Source of the DNA: Leucoraja erinacea
Lineage: Eukaryota
Assembly: GCF_028641065.1 (NCBI RefSeq)
Contig: NW_026576728.1
Span: 1-64,000 of the forward strand
Direction of reading: 5' to 3'
Length of the DNA: 64,000 nt
The position numbers and the translations under genes are program-made. The first letter of the stretch is position 1. Every line of letters starts with the position of its first letter. The notes below the pieces were generated by a model. It made no database searches. It was given only the letters and a program-made list of their open reading frames with translations, and was not told the DNA's origin. Shown here one piece after another: positions 1 to 13,600 of this stretch.

Positions 1-1440
1 AAGTAACATTAGCAAATTTGCAGATGATAAAAGCTGGGTGGCAGTGTGAACTGAGGAGGATGCTATGAGAATGGAGGGTGACGGACAGGTTGGGGGAGTG
101 GGCAGATACAGTTTAATGTGGATAAACGTGATGTTATCCACTTTGGTAGCAAAAATAGGAAGAAAGATTATTATCAAAATGGTGTCAAGTTGGGAAAAGG
201 GGAAAACACAACGAGATCTGGGGGTCCTTGTTTATCAGTCAATTAAAGTAAGTATGCAGGTACAGCAGGCAGTGAAGAAAGTGAATGGCATGTTGGCCTT
301 TATATCAAAAGGAGTTGAGTATAGGAGCAAAGAGGTCCTTCTGCAATTGTACAGGGCTCTAGTGAGACCACACCTGGAGTATTATGTACAGTTTTGGTCC
401 CCTAATTGAGGAAGGACATTCTTGCTATTGAGGGAGTGCAGTGTAGGTTCACCAGGTTAATTCCCGGGATGGGGGGACTGTCATTTGCTGAGAGAATGGA
501 GCAGCTGGGCTTGTACACTCTGGAGTTTAGAAGGATGAGGGGAGATCTTATTGAAACATATAAGATTATTAAGGGTTTGGAAACACGCTAGAGGCAGGAA
601 ACATGTTCCCGACGTTGGAGAGTCCAGAACCAGGGGCCACAGTTTAAGAATAAGGGGTAAGCCTTTTGAACTGAGACGAGGAAACACTATTTCTCCCAGA
701 GAGTTGTGAGTCTGTGGAATTCTCTGCCTCAGAGGATGGTAGAGACTGGTCCTCTGGCGTTCCGGCAGCTGTGGCGTTCCGAAGGCAGCATCGGAGATGT
801 GGCGTTCCAGAGGCAGTGGCAAGATTTTTGCCTCCATCACAGTGAGGAGGTTTTGGTGAACTCACTGTGGTGGATGTTAAATTTGTGTTTATTGGGTGTT
901 TTTGTCATTTTTATTATATGTATGACTGCAGGCAACAAAATTCCGTTCAGACCGAAAGGCCTGAATGACAATAAAGGCTACTTTACTTTACTTTCAAGAA
1001 AGAGTTAGATCGGGCTCTTAAAGATAGCGGAATCAGTGGATATGGGGAGAAGGCAGGAACGGGGTACTGATTGGGGATGATCAACCATGATCAGGAGTCA
1101 CTATGGTGGATGTTCAATGTTAAAATGTGTTTTGATTGTTCCGTTTGCAAGATGGCTGACGGAAGGGAGAGTGAACGCTGGCACGATTAGCTGCCGCTGC
1201 TCTCTCTCTGAATTGGGGATTGTTGATGTCCTTACTATTTATTTTATATTTTTTGTTTTGTTTCATTCTGCTTACATGTTTTGTAATCTGCTTACTAAAT
1301 TTTCTAAGGTGTCCTTGAGAGTCCTTGAAAGGCGCCCATAAGTATAAAGTATTATTATTATTATTATGATCACATTGAATGGCGGAGCTGGCTTGAAGGG
1401 CCGAATGGCCTACGCCTTGCACCTATTGTCTATTTCCTAT
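1..1440 (+). mobile_element. CR1 (HER1-like) LINE 3' fragment with nested insertions
   Basis: KFADD-like start, [30 protein letters not shown], characteristic 3'UTR. Confidence 0.9.
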
Positions 1441-1667
1441 TGTCTAACTCACATTTTTAATTCCTGCATTCCACAAGATCATATTTCTAATCACTGAACT
1501 GTTGGAACCGCCCAGGAAGTTTGCGACTATAATTGAAAGCGCATCTTCGGTTTGAGCTGAGAGCTGAGGAACAGAAGCTGAGAATTCAGACGAAAGACAA
1601 ATAGTTTCCACATTTTGATCTGCAGGTGTGTTAAACATCAGAGGAAGTTCAAATTCACCAAGTCAAC

Positions 1668-1682
1668 ATGGGCAATCAACAG
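1668..1682 (+). CDS. PLAAT gene A first coding exon (MGNQQ)
   Basis: ATGGGCAATCAACAG|gtaaat. Homologous mini-exons precede three other copies (20110, 27292, 34875). Confidence 0.75.
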
Positions 1683-4600
1683 GTAAATTTATTTGAATAC
1701 TTTTATTCTCAGTTCTGGTCACTGGGCAGGTGCTGGTTATCGATGCTCAGACATATTGTCTCCATCAGTCATAAAGTGTCTGAGCTCAACAACCTACACC
1801 CAGAGCCGTGGGAGACTGTGGTCTGCTGACAGTGGGCCGTACACGATGTGTGTTGGGGGGATTTTCCTGAACTTTCCCTCGTTCATATGTGGTGTTCAGA
1901 GCTTCCACCGATGCCATGGTGGAGCTGATGCCGGCTGTGATCAGGCACCGACACACAGCCCAAAGAAGGACGCGTTGTGGCATTTGGCAGGCCTCCTCAG
2001 TCATGGACGTAGGGTGATGTGGGGAGCGTGAAGTCAGAGGGTAAAGCGGGCTCTGGTTTTAACGCGCTGTTGTGTGGGGGGGGGGGGGGTGGGCATGCGG
2101 CGTCACACACACACTAACTACCCCCCTTGATATATTAATATTATTCATTTGGTCCTTTTACCCCATAACCGCCCTATCCACTGACACATAGCCCCCAACT
2201 CGCAGGCATGTCTTGAGGGGGAGGAGGAGTAGAGAGTGAGGGCAGAGATAGAGGGGGGGCAGAGACAGCGAGTGAGAGGGGCAGAGACAGAGAGGGGCAG
2301 AGAAAGAGAGAAAGGGGGGTGGAGGAGAGGAGGTGGAGGAGAGGGAGGATGGGTGGCGGAGAGGAGGGGGGGGAGAGAGTGAAGGGGAGGNNNNNNNNNN
2401 NNNNNNNNNNNNNNNNNNNNNNNNNNNNNNNNNNNNNNNNNNNNNNNNNNNNNNNNNNNNNNNNNNNNNNNNNNNNNNNNNNNNNNNNNNNNNNNNNNNN
2501 NNNNNNNNNNNNNNNNNNNNNNNNNNNNNNNNNNNNNNNNNNNNNNNNNNNNNNNNNNNNNNNNNNNNNNNNNNNNNNNNNNNNNNNNNNNNNNNNNNNN
2601 NNNNNNNNNNNNNNNNNNNNNNNNNNNNNNNNNNNNNNNNNNNNNNNNNNNNNNNNNNNNNNNNNNNNNNNNNNNNNNNNNNNNNNNNNNNNNNNNNNNN
2701 NNNNNNNNNNNNNNNNNNNNNNNNNNNNNNNNNNNNNNNNNNNNNNNNNNNNNNNNNNNNNNNNNNNNNNNNNNNNNNNNNNNNNNNNNNNNNNNNNNNN
2801 NNNNNNNNNNNNNNNNNNNNNNNNNNNNNNNNNNNNNNNNNNNNNNNNNNNNNNNNNNNNNNNNNNNNGAGGGGAGCTGGGCAGCAGCGTCCCCACCATG
2901 CGCCAGGCCTGAGCGAGGCCCGGGGCGATCTGAGGACTATCAAAAGCTTTTCCACCGTGCTTCCCCGCGCCCGTGCTGCGATAACAACCGCCGCAACCAT
3001 GTTGTAGAACTTCAAGGAGCCCATGGAGCACACAGCACGTGTATAGCGGCTTCAATCCAGAGCCCTGGGGTGGGGGGAGAGGGCGGCTGGGCCACGTAAA
3101 TCGCAGCTCGTGGAAAACAGTGCCCAGCAGGGTGCGCGGTGAAAACTCTGCGCAGCTTGCCGTGAGGAGCAGAAGCATTGTGACGTCATCCAGCTCGCTT
3201 CAGCTCGTTAGATTTTAAAATGATCTCAGATTGGTGAACAATTTTAGTAAAAAAACCCGGGAAATAATAAATCAAATTTTCAGATGAGGCGATTTTTGAG
3301 ATCATGAAGTAAATCCCTTCTGGAATATGTAATAATTTCACCATTAGCGCGTCGGGTTTTCGAGGAGATGTGAATCAAAGAAAAAGAGAGAAGGGGAGGG
3401 AGAGGGAGGGGGGGGGGGGGGAGGGAGAGAGAGAGAGGGGGAGAGAGAGGGAGAGAGGGGGGAGAGGGAGGGAGAGAGAGAGAGAGGGGTGGGGCGGCAG
3501 CTCGCGGGGGCCCGAGCTGAGGACGGTGAAAAGCAGCGGGGACCAGCCGATCGTGGCTTCCGTTAAGGGAAGCGCACCCACCAGCGAGACAGTGCCGGGC
3601 CGGGGGGGAGACAGACGATCGGGCCTCCCCGGAGAGGAAGTCGCCCCTGTAACGGGTAGAGAGGAGGTGAGAAGAGGAGGATCCAGGCGAGTGAGTGGGC
3701 TGCGAAATGCGGAGAGAGACAGAAGCGGCCTCTGACTCTCTGGAAACCCACAGCTGGAATGAGCGGGCGGGCGGGCGGGCGGGGGCTTCACGAGCTGCAC
3801 GGGCAGCACGGAGAAGTTTCAGCGCGTGAGGCGTCGCTGACCCCGAGATCTGTAGAACAAAGATCCTATAGCGGAGCTGAACAGAAGAATCTTTGTTCTG
3901 CAGAACTTTCTCTATCTTTCTGCGCCTTTTGAAGAACGGGGGGCGGGGGGTGGCTTGGCGAACATACCTCGTGGAAAACTGCGCATGCGCGTTGACAGCA
4001 ACTGCATTAATCCGCGGCAGCGGGGGGCGGGGCCAGGAGGCAGGTGTGCCTCGATTGGTGGGCATGTGGGCATTGTGACGTTAGCAGCAGGGAAGCGGCG
4101 ATTATTTTAAAAAATGAGTTTTGTTTATTCAAAATCTGGGGAAATAATTGACTGAATTTAGAGAGGAGTGGATTTTTGAAATCATCAGTTAAACCCCTAC
4201 TGAAATATGTAAACATCTCTGCGTTTTTGCGTCTGTTTTCGCGGAGTAACGAATCAAATGCAAAATAAATGACATACACNNNNNNNNNNNNNNNNNNNNN
4301 NNNNNNNNNNNNNNNNNNNNNNNNNNNNNNNNNNNNNNNNNNNNNNNNNNNNNNNNNNNNNNNNNNNNNNNNNNNNNNNNNNNNNNNNNNNNNNNNNNNN
4401 NNNNNNNNTAGCCCAACTGCAGCTCTTTGGGAACCTCCTTCTGCATATCAGCCTTCCGTTTCTGTTAAATATGAGAGATGTCAGTGCTTTCTCTCGACCT
4501 GCTCAACGGGAAATTCAACAGCTTTCTCAGAAACGCCAATTTATAATGCGCCATAACTTACCTGGGTTTCTTTCACTTTCATATTTATCTGGCTCCTTGA

Positions 4601-7600
4601 AAAGATCACCATCGCCTTCCTCAGGCACACCCTATGGGAGTAAGTTCCTCTTTACTCTACTCTCTGACTGTAAACACTTGAACTCCATTTTCCCTTTGTT
4701 TAACACTTTCCCTGTCGTTAACTTTGGATAAATATTAAATAAATGGAAACCTTCTGGTCTGAGCCATCGTTTGCATTGTTGTCAGGGGGTCTTCAGATGG
4801 TCAGAGAAGCATACATGGAAAAGTAACGGGCGATTTTTAAAAAAGAATGAGACAAAAAATCTAGTTTCAGCTTTCTCAATGAAACGCAGGAACAATTAGG
4901 CAGTTGGAAATGATTAACAACTGAATGTGGGAAAAGTTGGGGTTTGACATCCACAAACACTGAATTCACACCGGAGTTTATTTGATCGCTGCTTATTGTG
5001 TGGGAGAGAGTAGACACACTGCCCAGCACCACACGACTGAACCACAATGCTGCAAGGATTATAAGAACATCCATTTCTAACAAAGGTGAATGCACTAATT
5101 CATTGCCCAAAGCCAGGGTCAAACACCAATCTAAAATTAAATAAAACATATTTACAGTTTATTCCTCATCTTGCTTTTGTTGCCAGATAACCGGGCATCC
5201 TTGACTCTTTTAACTACATCTCAGTTTCTGTTTCCTAAGCCTTCTATTTTCTCATATTTAAGCCATCTCTCATCATCTGTTCCCTCATGAAAACTGTTGC
5301 AGGCACTCTGTGAATCCTGTGTGGATTCATCTGATCCCATTTTACCTTTCCCCATTTCACTACCCTCAGCCCCAAATCACCACAGATCAGTACGTTCTCT
5401 GGCAAGATGCTGAGATTTGTTGATCAGCAGACAGATGCAGTGATTCTTCAACCAGGACAAGTGAAGATCAACGGACAAAATTAAATAAATGTGAAATATT
5501 GACCTTTAGCTCAAGAGGGCTGGATCACAAATAGGAATTATCTTACAGTATTGGCAGATTTATCTAAATTAGTTCCACCTTCTTGGGTACACTGCTGCAC
5601 AGATTCACCAGGTAAATATTAAGATGAAGATTAATATCAGAACGAAGTATGAAGAGCTGGTCATAGACTGTCCCAAGCAGGGCTGGAAGGCAAGGTGTAT
5701 GCCCATAGCGGTTGGCTGCAGAGGTTTTGCAAGGCAATCGCTCTACAAAGCCTTGAGTGCACTGGGCATCAACGGAGTGGTGAGGAGAAAGGCCATCAAG
5801 AACACCACAGAGGCAACAGAGAAGGCCTCGAGATGGCTCTGGATCAGGAGAGAATGTCCATGGGGAGGAGCGAATGCCACCTTAACACAAGTCGTGGTCT
5901 GATCAACCACGGCTGGGTCGCCTGGGCGAAGGTGTCTGATGTTGAAAGACCCGAAGCACCCAATGACCCCAGGTTACATCACTGATGATAATAATAATAA
6001 TAAATTTAATTTATATAGCGCTTTTCTAAGACTCAAAGTCGCTTTACAATAGTAACAGACAATAGCAGACGGAGAAGCGGCGAACAAAGAGCGCCAGCGT
6101 CCTCTCCGTGCAGCACATAAAGAAAGAATACAGACATAACAGTAATAAAGAAATTTAAACATAGAAACATCCCCCCACAAAGTCCAGTCCCCATCCCATG
6201 TCCATGGGCCTATTGAGGCCTCCACAGTTGCCTCCACGGAGGCCCGATGTTCCAGGCCGTTCTCGCCGGGTGGTGTTGCTCCGGCGTCGGGAGAATCCTC
6301 TCAGCGGCATGGGAACCCTGGAACGGCCGCTTCCGTACTGGAGGCCGCGGCTTCCGAAGCCAACAAGGCCGCGCCGGATGGAGCTCCACAACTGGCGATC
6401 TCATCCAGAGATCCCAGGCTCCCGATGTAAAGTCAGCGCCGCCGCCCGCAGCTGGTCGCTCCTCAGACCCACAGATCCGCAATGCTTTTTTATCGCCGGT
6501 CCCAGCATACCGGAGTTCCAGTGCGGCGACCCGGGCAAGGCATTGCCCGCTCCGCGATAGCGCTCCAGTGCTGTGCCGCCGCTGAAGCCGTGTTACTGGG
6601 CGGTCCCCGACAGGAAACGCCGCTCCAGGCCCACTGGTAGGCCGCGAGGACGGGTCGAAACTGCAGCCCGGAGAAAAGCTGCCTCTCCGACCAGGTAGGG
6701 ACCCTGAAAGATATTTTCCCCCCTCCCCCCCCCCCCACATAAAAAAGTTTAGACCTCCAGAACAAAACACTTTAACTAACTAACTAACTAAAAAAAAAAA
6801 AAAGATGAAGATAAGGACAGCTACTGGCTGGGCAAGTACAAAGTGCACAAGTACAAAGTGCACAGATTTGATTTGCACTCCTGCAGGTACAAATGATTCA
6901 TGAAATATTATTTTGTTGTTGGGTTTGTTGTATTGAACCCTAACCATCAGAATCCAAATCACTACAAACGTCAGGTATTATCACAACGTTTAGCAGGTAC
7001 TATCGCAACATTTCAGAAACATTTGGACAAGTACGTGGATAGAACAGGTTTAGAGAGATATGGGCCAAAGGCAGGCAGGTGGGACATGTTAGTCAGTGTG
7101 GGCAGGTTGGGCCGAAGGGCCTGTTTTCACACTGTATGATTCGATGAAAATATAACCCAAATTGTTTAACATCTGGTGTTGGTTTATAATGTGATCTCTA
7201 TCTTATTTCCAGTTTAAACCAAAACCTGGAGATTTGATTGAAATACCTCGAAAGCGTTGGTATAAACACTGGGCCCTCTACATGGGAGATGGAGACGTCG
7301 TGCATTTAACTTCAGGTAAAAGCTGTTCACTTTTATTCTCCTATTTAACAAGTTTTGCATTGTAGACTTCTCTGCCCATGTGTAATTCAACCCATACCAG
7401 GGATACTATCAGATGATAAAAGACCATTTAATATCTATTCTAGATGGTGCAAGTGGAGATACGAGTACTCGATTCTCTAGGTCGGAAGGGATTGGTGTGA
7501 TTAAGAGGGAGCCTCTCGCTGACGTAGCTGGCAATAATTCCTGGAAAGTCAACAATAGATTCGACAAAATATGGAAACCATTACCCGTTGACAAGATAAT

Positions 7601-10600
7601 AAAAAAGGCTAATGAAATGATTGGATGCAGAGTGCGTTACAATGTACTAAGTGCAAACTGTGAACACTTTGTTAATTCACTTCGGTATGGTATAGATATA
7701 TCATTTCAGGTAAGTACAGTATATAACGTGGACATAAAGTCATTGTTCTTTGACGGGCCTGAGATTAATTTGGGGACTGGTCCTCCAGCGAATTATTGTC
7801 CCTTCAAATGCATGGGACATGATGGTACAAGAATGTTAAATGTATCCAACGCCTCTACGTTATACGCCTCTACTTCCTTAGAAGTTTGGCATGTCCCCTA
7901 CAACTCTCACCAACTTCTATAAATGCACCATAGAAAGTATTTTACCAGGATTCATCACATCTTGGTTTAGGAACAGCTCCATCCAAGACCGCAAGAAATT
8001 ACAGTAAATTGTGGATGCACCCCAGACCATCAGACAAACCAACCTCCCTTCTATTGACTCATACCTCATGCTGCCTCGGCAAGGCCACCAGCATAATCAC
8101 AGACGTGTCGCACCCTGGCAACTCCCTCTTCTCCCCTCTCCCATTAGGCAAGAGGTATAGAAGTGTGAAAATACACATCTCCAGATTCTGTCTGAAGAAG
8201 GGTTTTGACCCGAAACTTGCCTATTTCCTTCGCTCAATAGATGCTGCCTCACCCGCTGAGTTTCTCCAGCATTTTTATCAATCTACAGATTCAGGGCCAG
8301 TTTCTACCCAGTTTGAATACTTTTAATCTCAGCTTTGGTCACTGAGCAGATGCTGGTTATCGATGCTCATGTCTCCATCAGTCAGAAAATGTCTGAGCTC
8401 AACAACCTACACCCAGAGCCGTGGGAGACTGTGGTCTGCTGACAGTGGGCCGTACACGATGTGTGTTGGGGGGATTTTCCTGAACTTTCCCTCGTTCATA
8501 TGTGGTCTTCAGAGCTTCCACCGATGCCATGGTGGAGCTGATGCCGGCTGTGATCAGGCACCGACACACAGCCCAAAGAAGGACGCGTTGTGGCATTTGG
8601 CAGTCATCCTCAGTCCTGGACGTAGGGTGATGTGGGGAGCGTGAAGTCAGAGGGTAAAGCGGGCTCTGGTTTTAAAGAACATTTATAGCAGCAAAAGACA
8701 ATTTGGCCCAACTGCAGGATTTGATGCTCTTTGGGAACCTCCTTCTGCATATCAACCTTTTGTTTCCAGCAAATATGAGAGATGTCCTGAGAGTCTCTCT
8801 CGAGCTGCTTAATGGGAAATTCAAAAGCTTTCTCAGAAACGCCAATTTATAATGTGCTATAACTTATCTGGGTTGCTTTCACTTTCATATTTATCTGGCT
8901 CCTTGAAAAGATCTCCATCGCCTTCCTCAGGCACAGCCTATGGGAGTAAGTTCCTCTTTACTCTACTCTCTGACTCTAAACACTTGAACTCCATTTTCCC
9001 TTTGTTTCAAGTCAAGTCAAGCCAAGTCAAGTTTATTTGTCACATACACATACGAGATGTGCAGTGAAATGAAAGTGGCAATGCTCGCGGACTTTTGTGC
9101 AAAAGACAAACAACAAAACAACCAAACAAATTATAAACACAATCATAACACACATATTATTTTACATAATAAATAATGGAAGGAAAAACGTTCAGTATAG
9201 TTAGTCCCTGGTGAGATAGGCGTTTACAGTCTGAATTGCCTCTGGGAAGAAACTCCTTCTCAACCTCTCCGTTCTCACCGCATGGCAACGGAGGCGTTTG
9301 CCTGATCGTAGCAGCTGGAACAGTCCGTTGCAGGGGTCTCCCATGATTTTATTTGCTCTGGAGTTGCACCTCCTGATGTATAGTTCCTGCAGGGGGGCGA
9401 GTGAAGTTCCCATAGTGCGTTCGGCCGAACGCACTACTCTCTGCAGAGCCTTCTTGTCCTTGGCAGAGCAATTCCCAAACCAGATAGTAATATTTCCGGA
9501 CAAGATGCTTTCCACCGCGGCTGCGTAGAAGCACTGGAGGATCCTCGGAGACACTCTGAATTTCCTCAATTGCCTGAGGTGGTAAAGGCGCTGCCTTGCC
9601 TTACTCACGAGTGCTGAGGCGTGTGATGCCCATGTCATATCCTCGGAGATGTGGACTCCCAGATATTTAAAACAGTTCACCCTATCCACAGGATCCCCAT
9701 TTATCCTCAATGGAGTGTACGTCTTCGGATGTTGTGCCCTCCTAAAGTCCATGATCAGCTCCTTCGTTTTTTTGATGTTCAAGAGGAGGCTGTTATCCTG
9801 GCACCAGAGTGCTAGATCAGCCACCTCCTCCCGGTAGGCCTTCTCGTCGTTGTCTGAGATCAGGCCCACCACCACAGTGTCATCAGCAAACTTAATTATT
9901 GAGTTGGAGCTGAACCTAGCCACACAGTCATGTGTGTACAGGGAGTACAATAGCGGGCTGAGGACGCAACCCTGGGGCGATCCTGTGCTCAGGGTGAGGG
10001 ACTTCGATGTATTCCCTCCCATCTTGACTACCTGGGGTCTGGCGGTGAGAAAGTCCAGGACCCAGGCACACAGGGAGGTGTTGAGCCCCAATTCCATTAG
10101 CTTCCCAGCCAGTCTGGTGAGGACTATCGTGTTGAAGGCTGAACTGTAGTCTATGAACAGCATCCTCACGTAGCCTCCCTTCTGGCTGTCCAGATGGGAG
10201 AGAGCGGTGTGCAAGACCTGGGAGACCGCATCGTCCGTGGATCTGTTCGGACGGTATGCGAACTGCAACGGGTCCATGTTCCGAGGGAGGAAGGCGCAGA
10301 TGTGATTCTTCACCAGCCTCTCAAAGCATTTCATGACTACCGAGGTAAGGGCCACCAGACGGTAGTCATTCAGACAGGCTGGGGAGGCATTTTTTGGTAC
10401 CGGTACAATGATGGATTTTTTGAAGCAGACAGGGACCACGGACTTGTCCAGGGAGAGGTTGAATAATGTAGTGAGCACTGGAGCTAGCTGCGTAGTACAG
10501 GACTTGAGTACTCTTTAACACTTTCCCTGTCGTTAACTGGGTAAATATTAAATAAATGGAAACCTTCTGGTCTGAGCCATCGTTTGCATTGTTGTCAGGG

Positions 10601-13600
10601 GGTCTTCAGATGGTCAGAGAAGCAGACATTAAGAAGTAACGGGCGATTTAAAAAAAAGAATGAGACAAAAAATCTAGTTTCAGCTTTCTCAATGAAACGC
10701 AGGAACAATTAAGCGGTTGGAAATGATTAACAACTGAATATGGGAAAAGTTGGGGTTTGACATCCACAAACACTGAATTCACACCGGAGTTTATTTGATC
10801 GCTGCTTATTGTGTGGGAGAGAGTAGACACACTGCCCAGCACCACACGACTGAACCACAATGGTGCAAGGATTATAAGAATATCCATTTCTAACAAAGGT
10901 GTCTGCACTAATTCATTGCCCAAAGCCAGGATCAAACACAAATCTAAAATTAAATAAAACATATTTACAGTTTATTCCTCATCTTGCTTTTGTTGCCAGA
11001 TAACCGGGCATCCTTGACTCTTTTAACTCCATCTCAGTTTCTGTTTCCTAAGCCTTCTATTTTCTCTTATTTAAGCCATCTCTCATCATCTGTTCCTCAT
11101 GAAAACTGTTGCAGGCACTCTGTGAACCCTGTGTGGATTCATCTGATCCCATTTTACCTTTCCCCATTTCACTACCCTCAGCCCCAAATCACCACAGATC
11201 AGTACGTTCTCTGGCAAGATGCTGAGATTTGTTGATCAGCAGACAGATGCAGTGATTCTTCTACCAGGACAAGTGAAGATCAACGGACAAAATTAAATAA
11301 ATGTGAAATATTGACCTTTAGCTCAAGGGCTGGATCACAAATAGGAATTATCTTACAGTATTGGCAGATTTATCTAAATTAGTTCCACCTTCTTGGGTAC
11401 ACTGCTGCACAGATTCACCAGGTAAATATTAAGACGAAGATTAATATCAGGACGAAGTATGAAGAGCTGGTCATAGACTGTCCCAAGCAGGGCTGGAAGG
11501 CAAGGTGTATGCCCATCGTGGTTGGCTGCAGAGGTTTTGCAGGGCAATCGCTCTACAAAGCCTTGAGTGCACTGGGCATCAACGGAGTGGCGAGGGGAAA
11601 GGCCATCAAGAACATCACAGAGGCAGAAGAGAAGGCCTCGAGATGGCACTGGATCAGGAGAGAATGTCCATGGGGAGGAGCGAATGCCACCTTAACACAA
11701 GTCGTGGACTGATCAACCACGGCTGGGTCGCCTGGGTGAGGGTGTCTGATGTTGAAAGACCCAAAGCACCCAATGACCCTAGGTTACATCACTGATGATA
11801 ATAATAATAATAAATTTAATTTATATAGCGCTTTTCTAAGACTCAAAGTCGCTTTACAATAGTAACAGACAATAGCAGACGGAGAAGCGGCGAACAAAGA
11901 GTGCCAGCGTCCTCTCCGTGCAGCACATAAAGAAAGAATACAGACATAACAGTAATAAAGAAATTTAAACATAGAAACATCCCCCCACAAAGTCCAGTCC
12001 CCATCCCATGTCCATGGGCCTATTGAGGCCTCCACAGTTGCCTCCACGGAGGCCCGATGTTCCAGGCCGTTCTCGCCGGGTGGTGTTGCTCCGGCGTCGG
12101 GAGAATCCTCTCAGCGGCATGGGAACCCTGGAACGGCCGCTTCCGTACTGGAGGCCGCGGCTTCCGAAGCCAACAAGGCCGCGCCGGATGGATCTCCACA
12201 ACTGGCGATCTCATCCAGAGATCCCAGGCTCCCGATGTAAAGTCAGCGCCGCCGCCCGCAGCTGGTCGCTCCTCAGACCCACAGATCCGCAATGCTTTTT
12301 TATCGCCGGTCCCAGCATACCGGAGTTCCAGTGCGGCGACCCGGGCAAGGCATCGCCCGCTCCGCGATAGCGCTCCAGCGCTGTGCCGCCGCCGAAGCCG
12401 TGTTACTGGGCGGTCTCCGACAGGAAACGCCGCTCCAGGCCCGCTGTTAGGCCGCAAGGACGGGTCGAAACTGCAGCCCGGAGAAAAGCTGCCTCTCCGA
12501 CCAGGTAGGGACCCTGAAAGATAGTTTCCCCCTTCCCCCCCCCCCCACATAAAAAAGTTTAGACCTCCAGAACAAAACACTTTAACTAACTAAAAATAAA
12601 ATAAAAAGATGAAGATAAGGACAGCTGCTGGCTGGGCAGCCATGCACAGGACAGTGCCCCCAACCGTTATGAATCTTCTTCTGATGATGTGTTCAGGAGC
12701 ATCAATAGATGTATTTTTTAGCAAAAGGCTAAAAAATAATCACAAGTACAAAGTGCACAGATTTGATTTGCACTCCTGCAGGTACAAATGATTCATGAAA
12801 TATTATTATGTTGTTGGGTTTGTTGTATTGAACCCTAACCATCAGAATCCAAATCACTACAAACATCAGGTATTATCACAACGTTTAGCAGGTACTATCG
12901 CAACATTTCAGAAACATTTGGACAAGTACATGGATAGGACAGGTTTAGAGAGATATGGGCCAAAGGCAGGCAGGTGGGACATGTTAGTCAGTGTGGCAGG
13001 TTGGGCCGAAGGGCCTGTTTTCACACTGTATGATTCGATGAAAATATAACCCAAATTGTTTAACATCTGGTGTTGGTTTATAATGTGATCTCTATCTTAT
13101 TTCCAGTTTAAACCAAAACCTGGAGATTTGATTGAAATACCTCGAAAGGGTGGGTATAAACACTGGGCCCTCTACATGGGAGATGGAGACGTCGTGCATT
13201 TAACTTCAGGTAAAAGCTGTTCACTTTTATTCTCCTATTTAACATGTTTTGCATTGTAGACTTCTCTGCCCATGTGTAATTCAACCCATACCAGGGATAC
13301 TATCAGATGATAAAAGACCATTTAATATCTATTCTAGATGGTGCAAGTCGAGATACGAGTACTCGATTCTCTAGGTCGGAAGAGATTGGTGTGATTAAGA
13401 GGGAGCCTCTCGCTGACGTAGCTGGCAATGATTCCTGGGAAGTCAACAATGGATCAGATGGAATGTGGAAACCATTACCCGTTGACAAGATAATAAAAAA
13501 GGCTAAAGAAATGATTGGATGCAGAGTGCGTTACAATGTACTAAGTGCAAACTGTGAACACTTTGTTAATTCACTTCGGTATGATAAAGGTGTATCATTT

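Noticed and set aside
2158-3178. Long ORFs of 197-334 aa
   Set aside because: They span N gaps and low-complexity tracts. The same applies to 17370-18027.
4793-5149. Recurrent minus-strand [13 protein letters not shown]... resembling a signal-peptide protein
   Set aside because: It recurs only because the intron is duplicated. The start is a non-ATG codon (ATA or GTG), lengths vary between copies and there is no recognisable domain.
7710-7922. Read-through of exon 3 as a real C-terminus (ORF 7413-7922)
   Set aside because: A strong GTAAGT donor is conserved in all five modules, the read-through length is not conserved and it runs into a LINE remnant.
9201-10478. 425-aa reverse transcriptase as a domesticated gene or retron-like system
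   Set aside because: 5'-truncated LINE with a typical tail, absent from the paralogous intron, with a second fragment at 55.3 kb.
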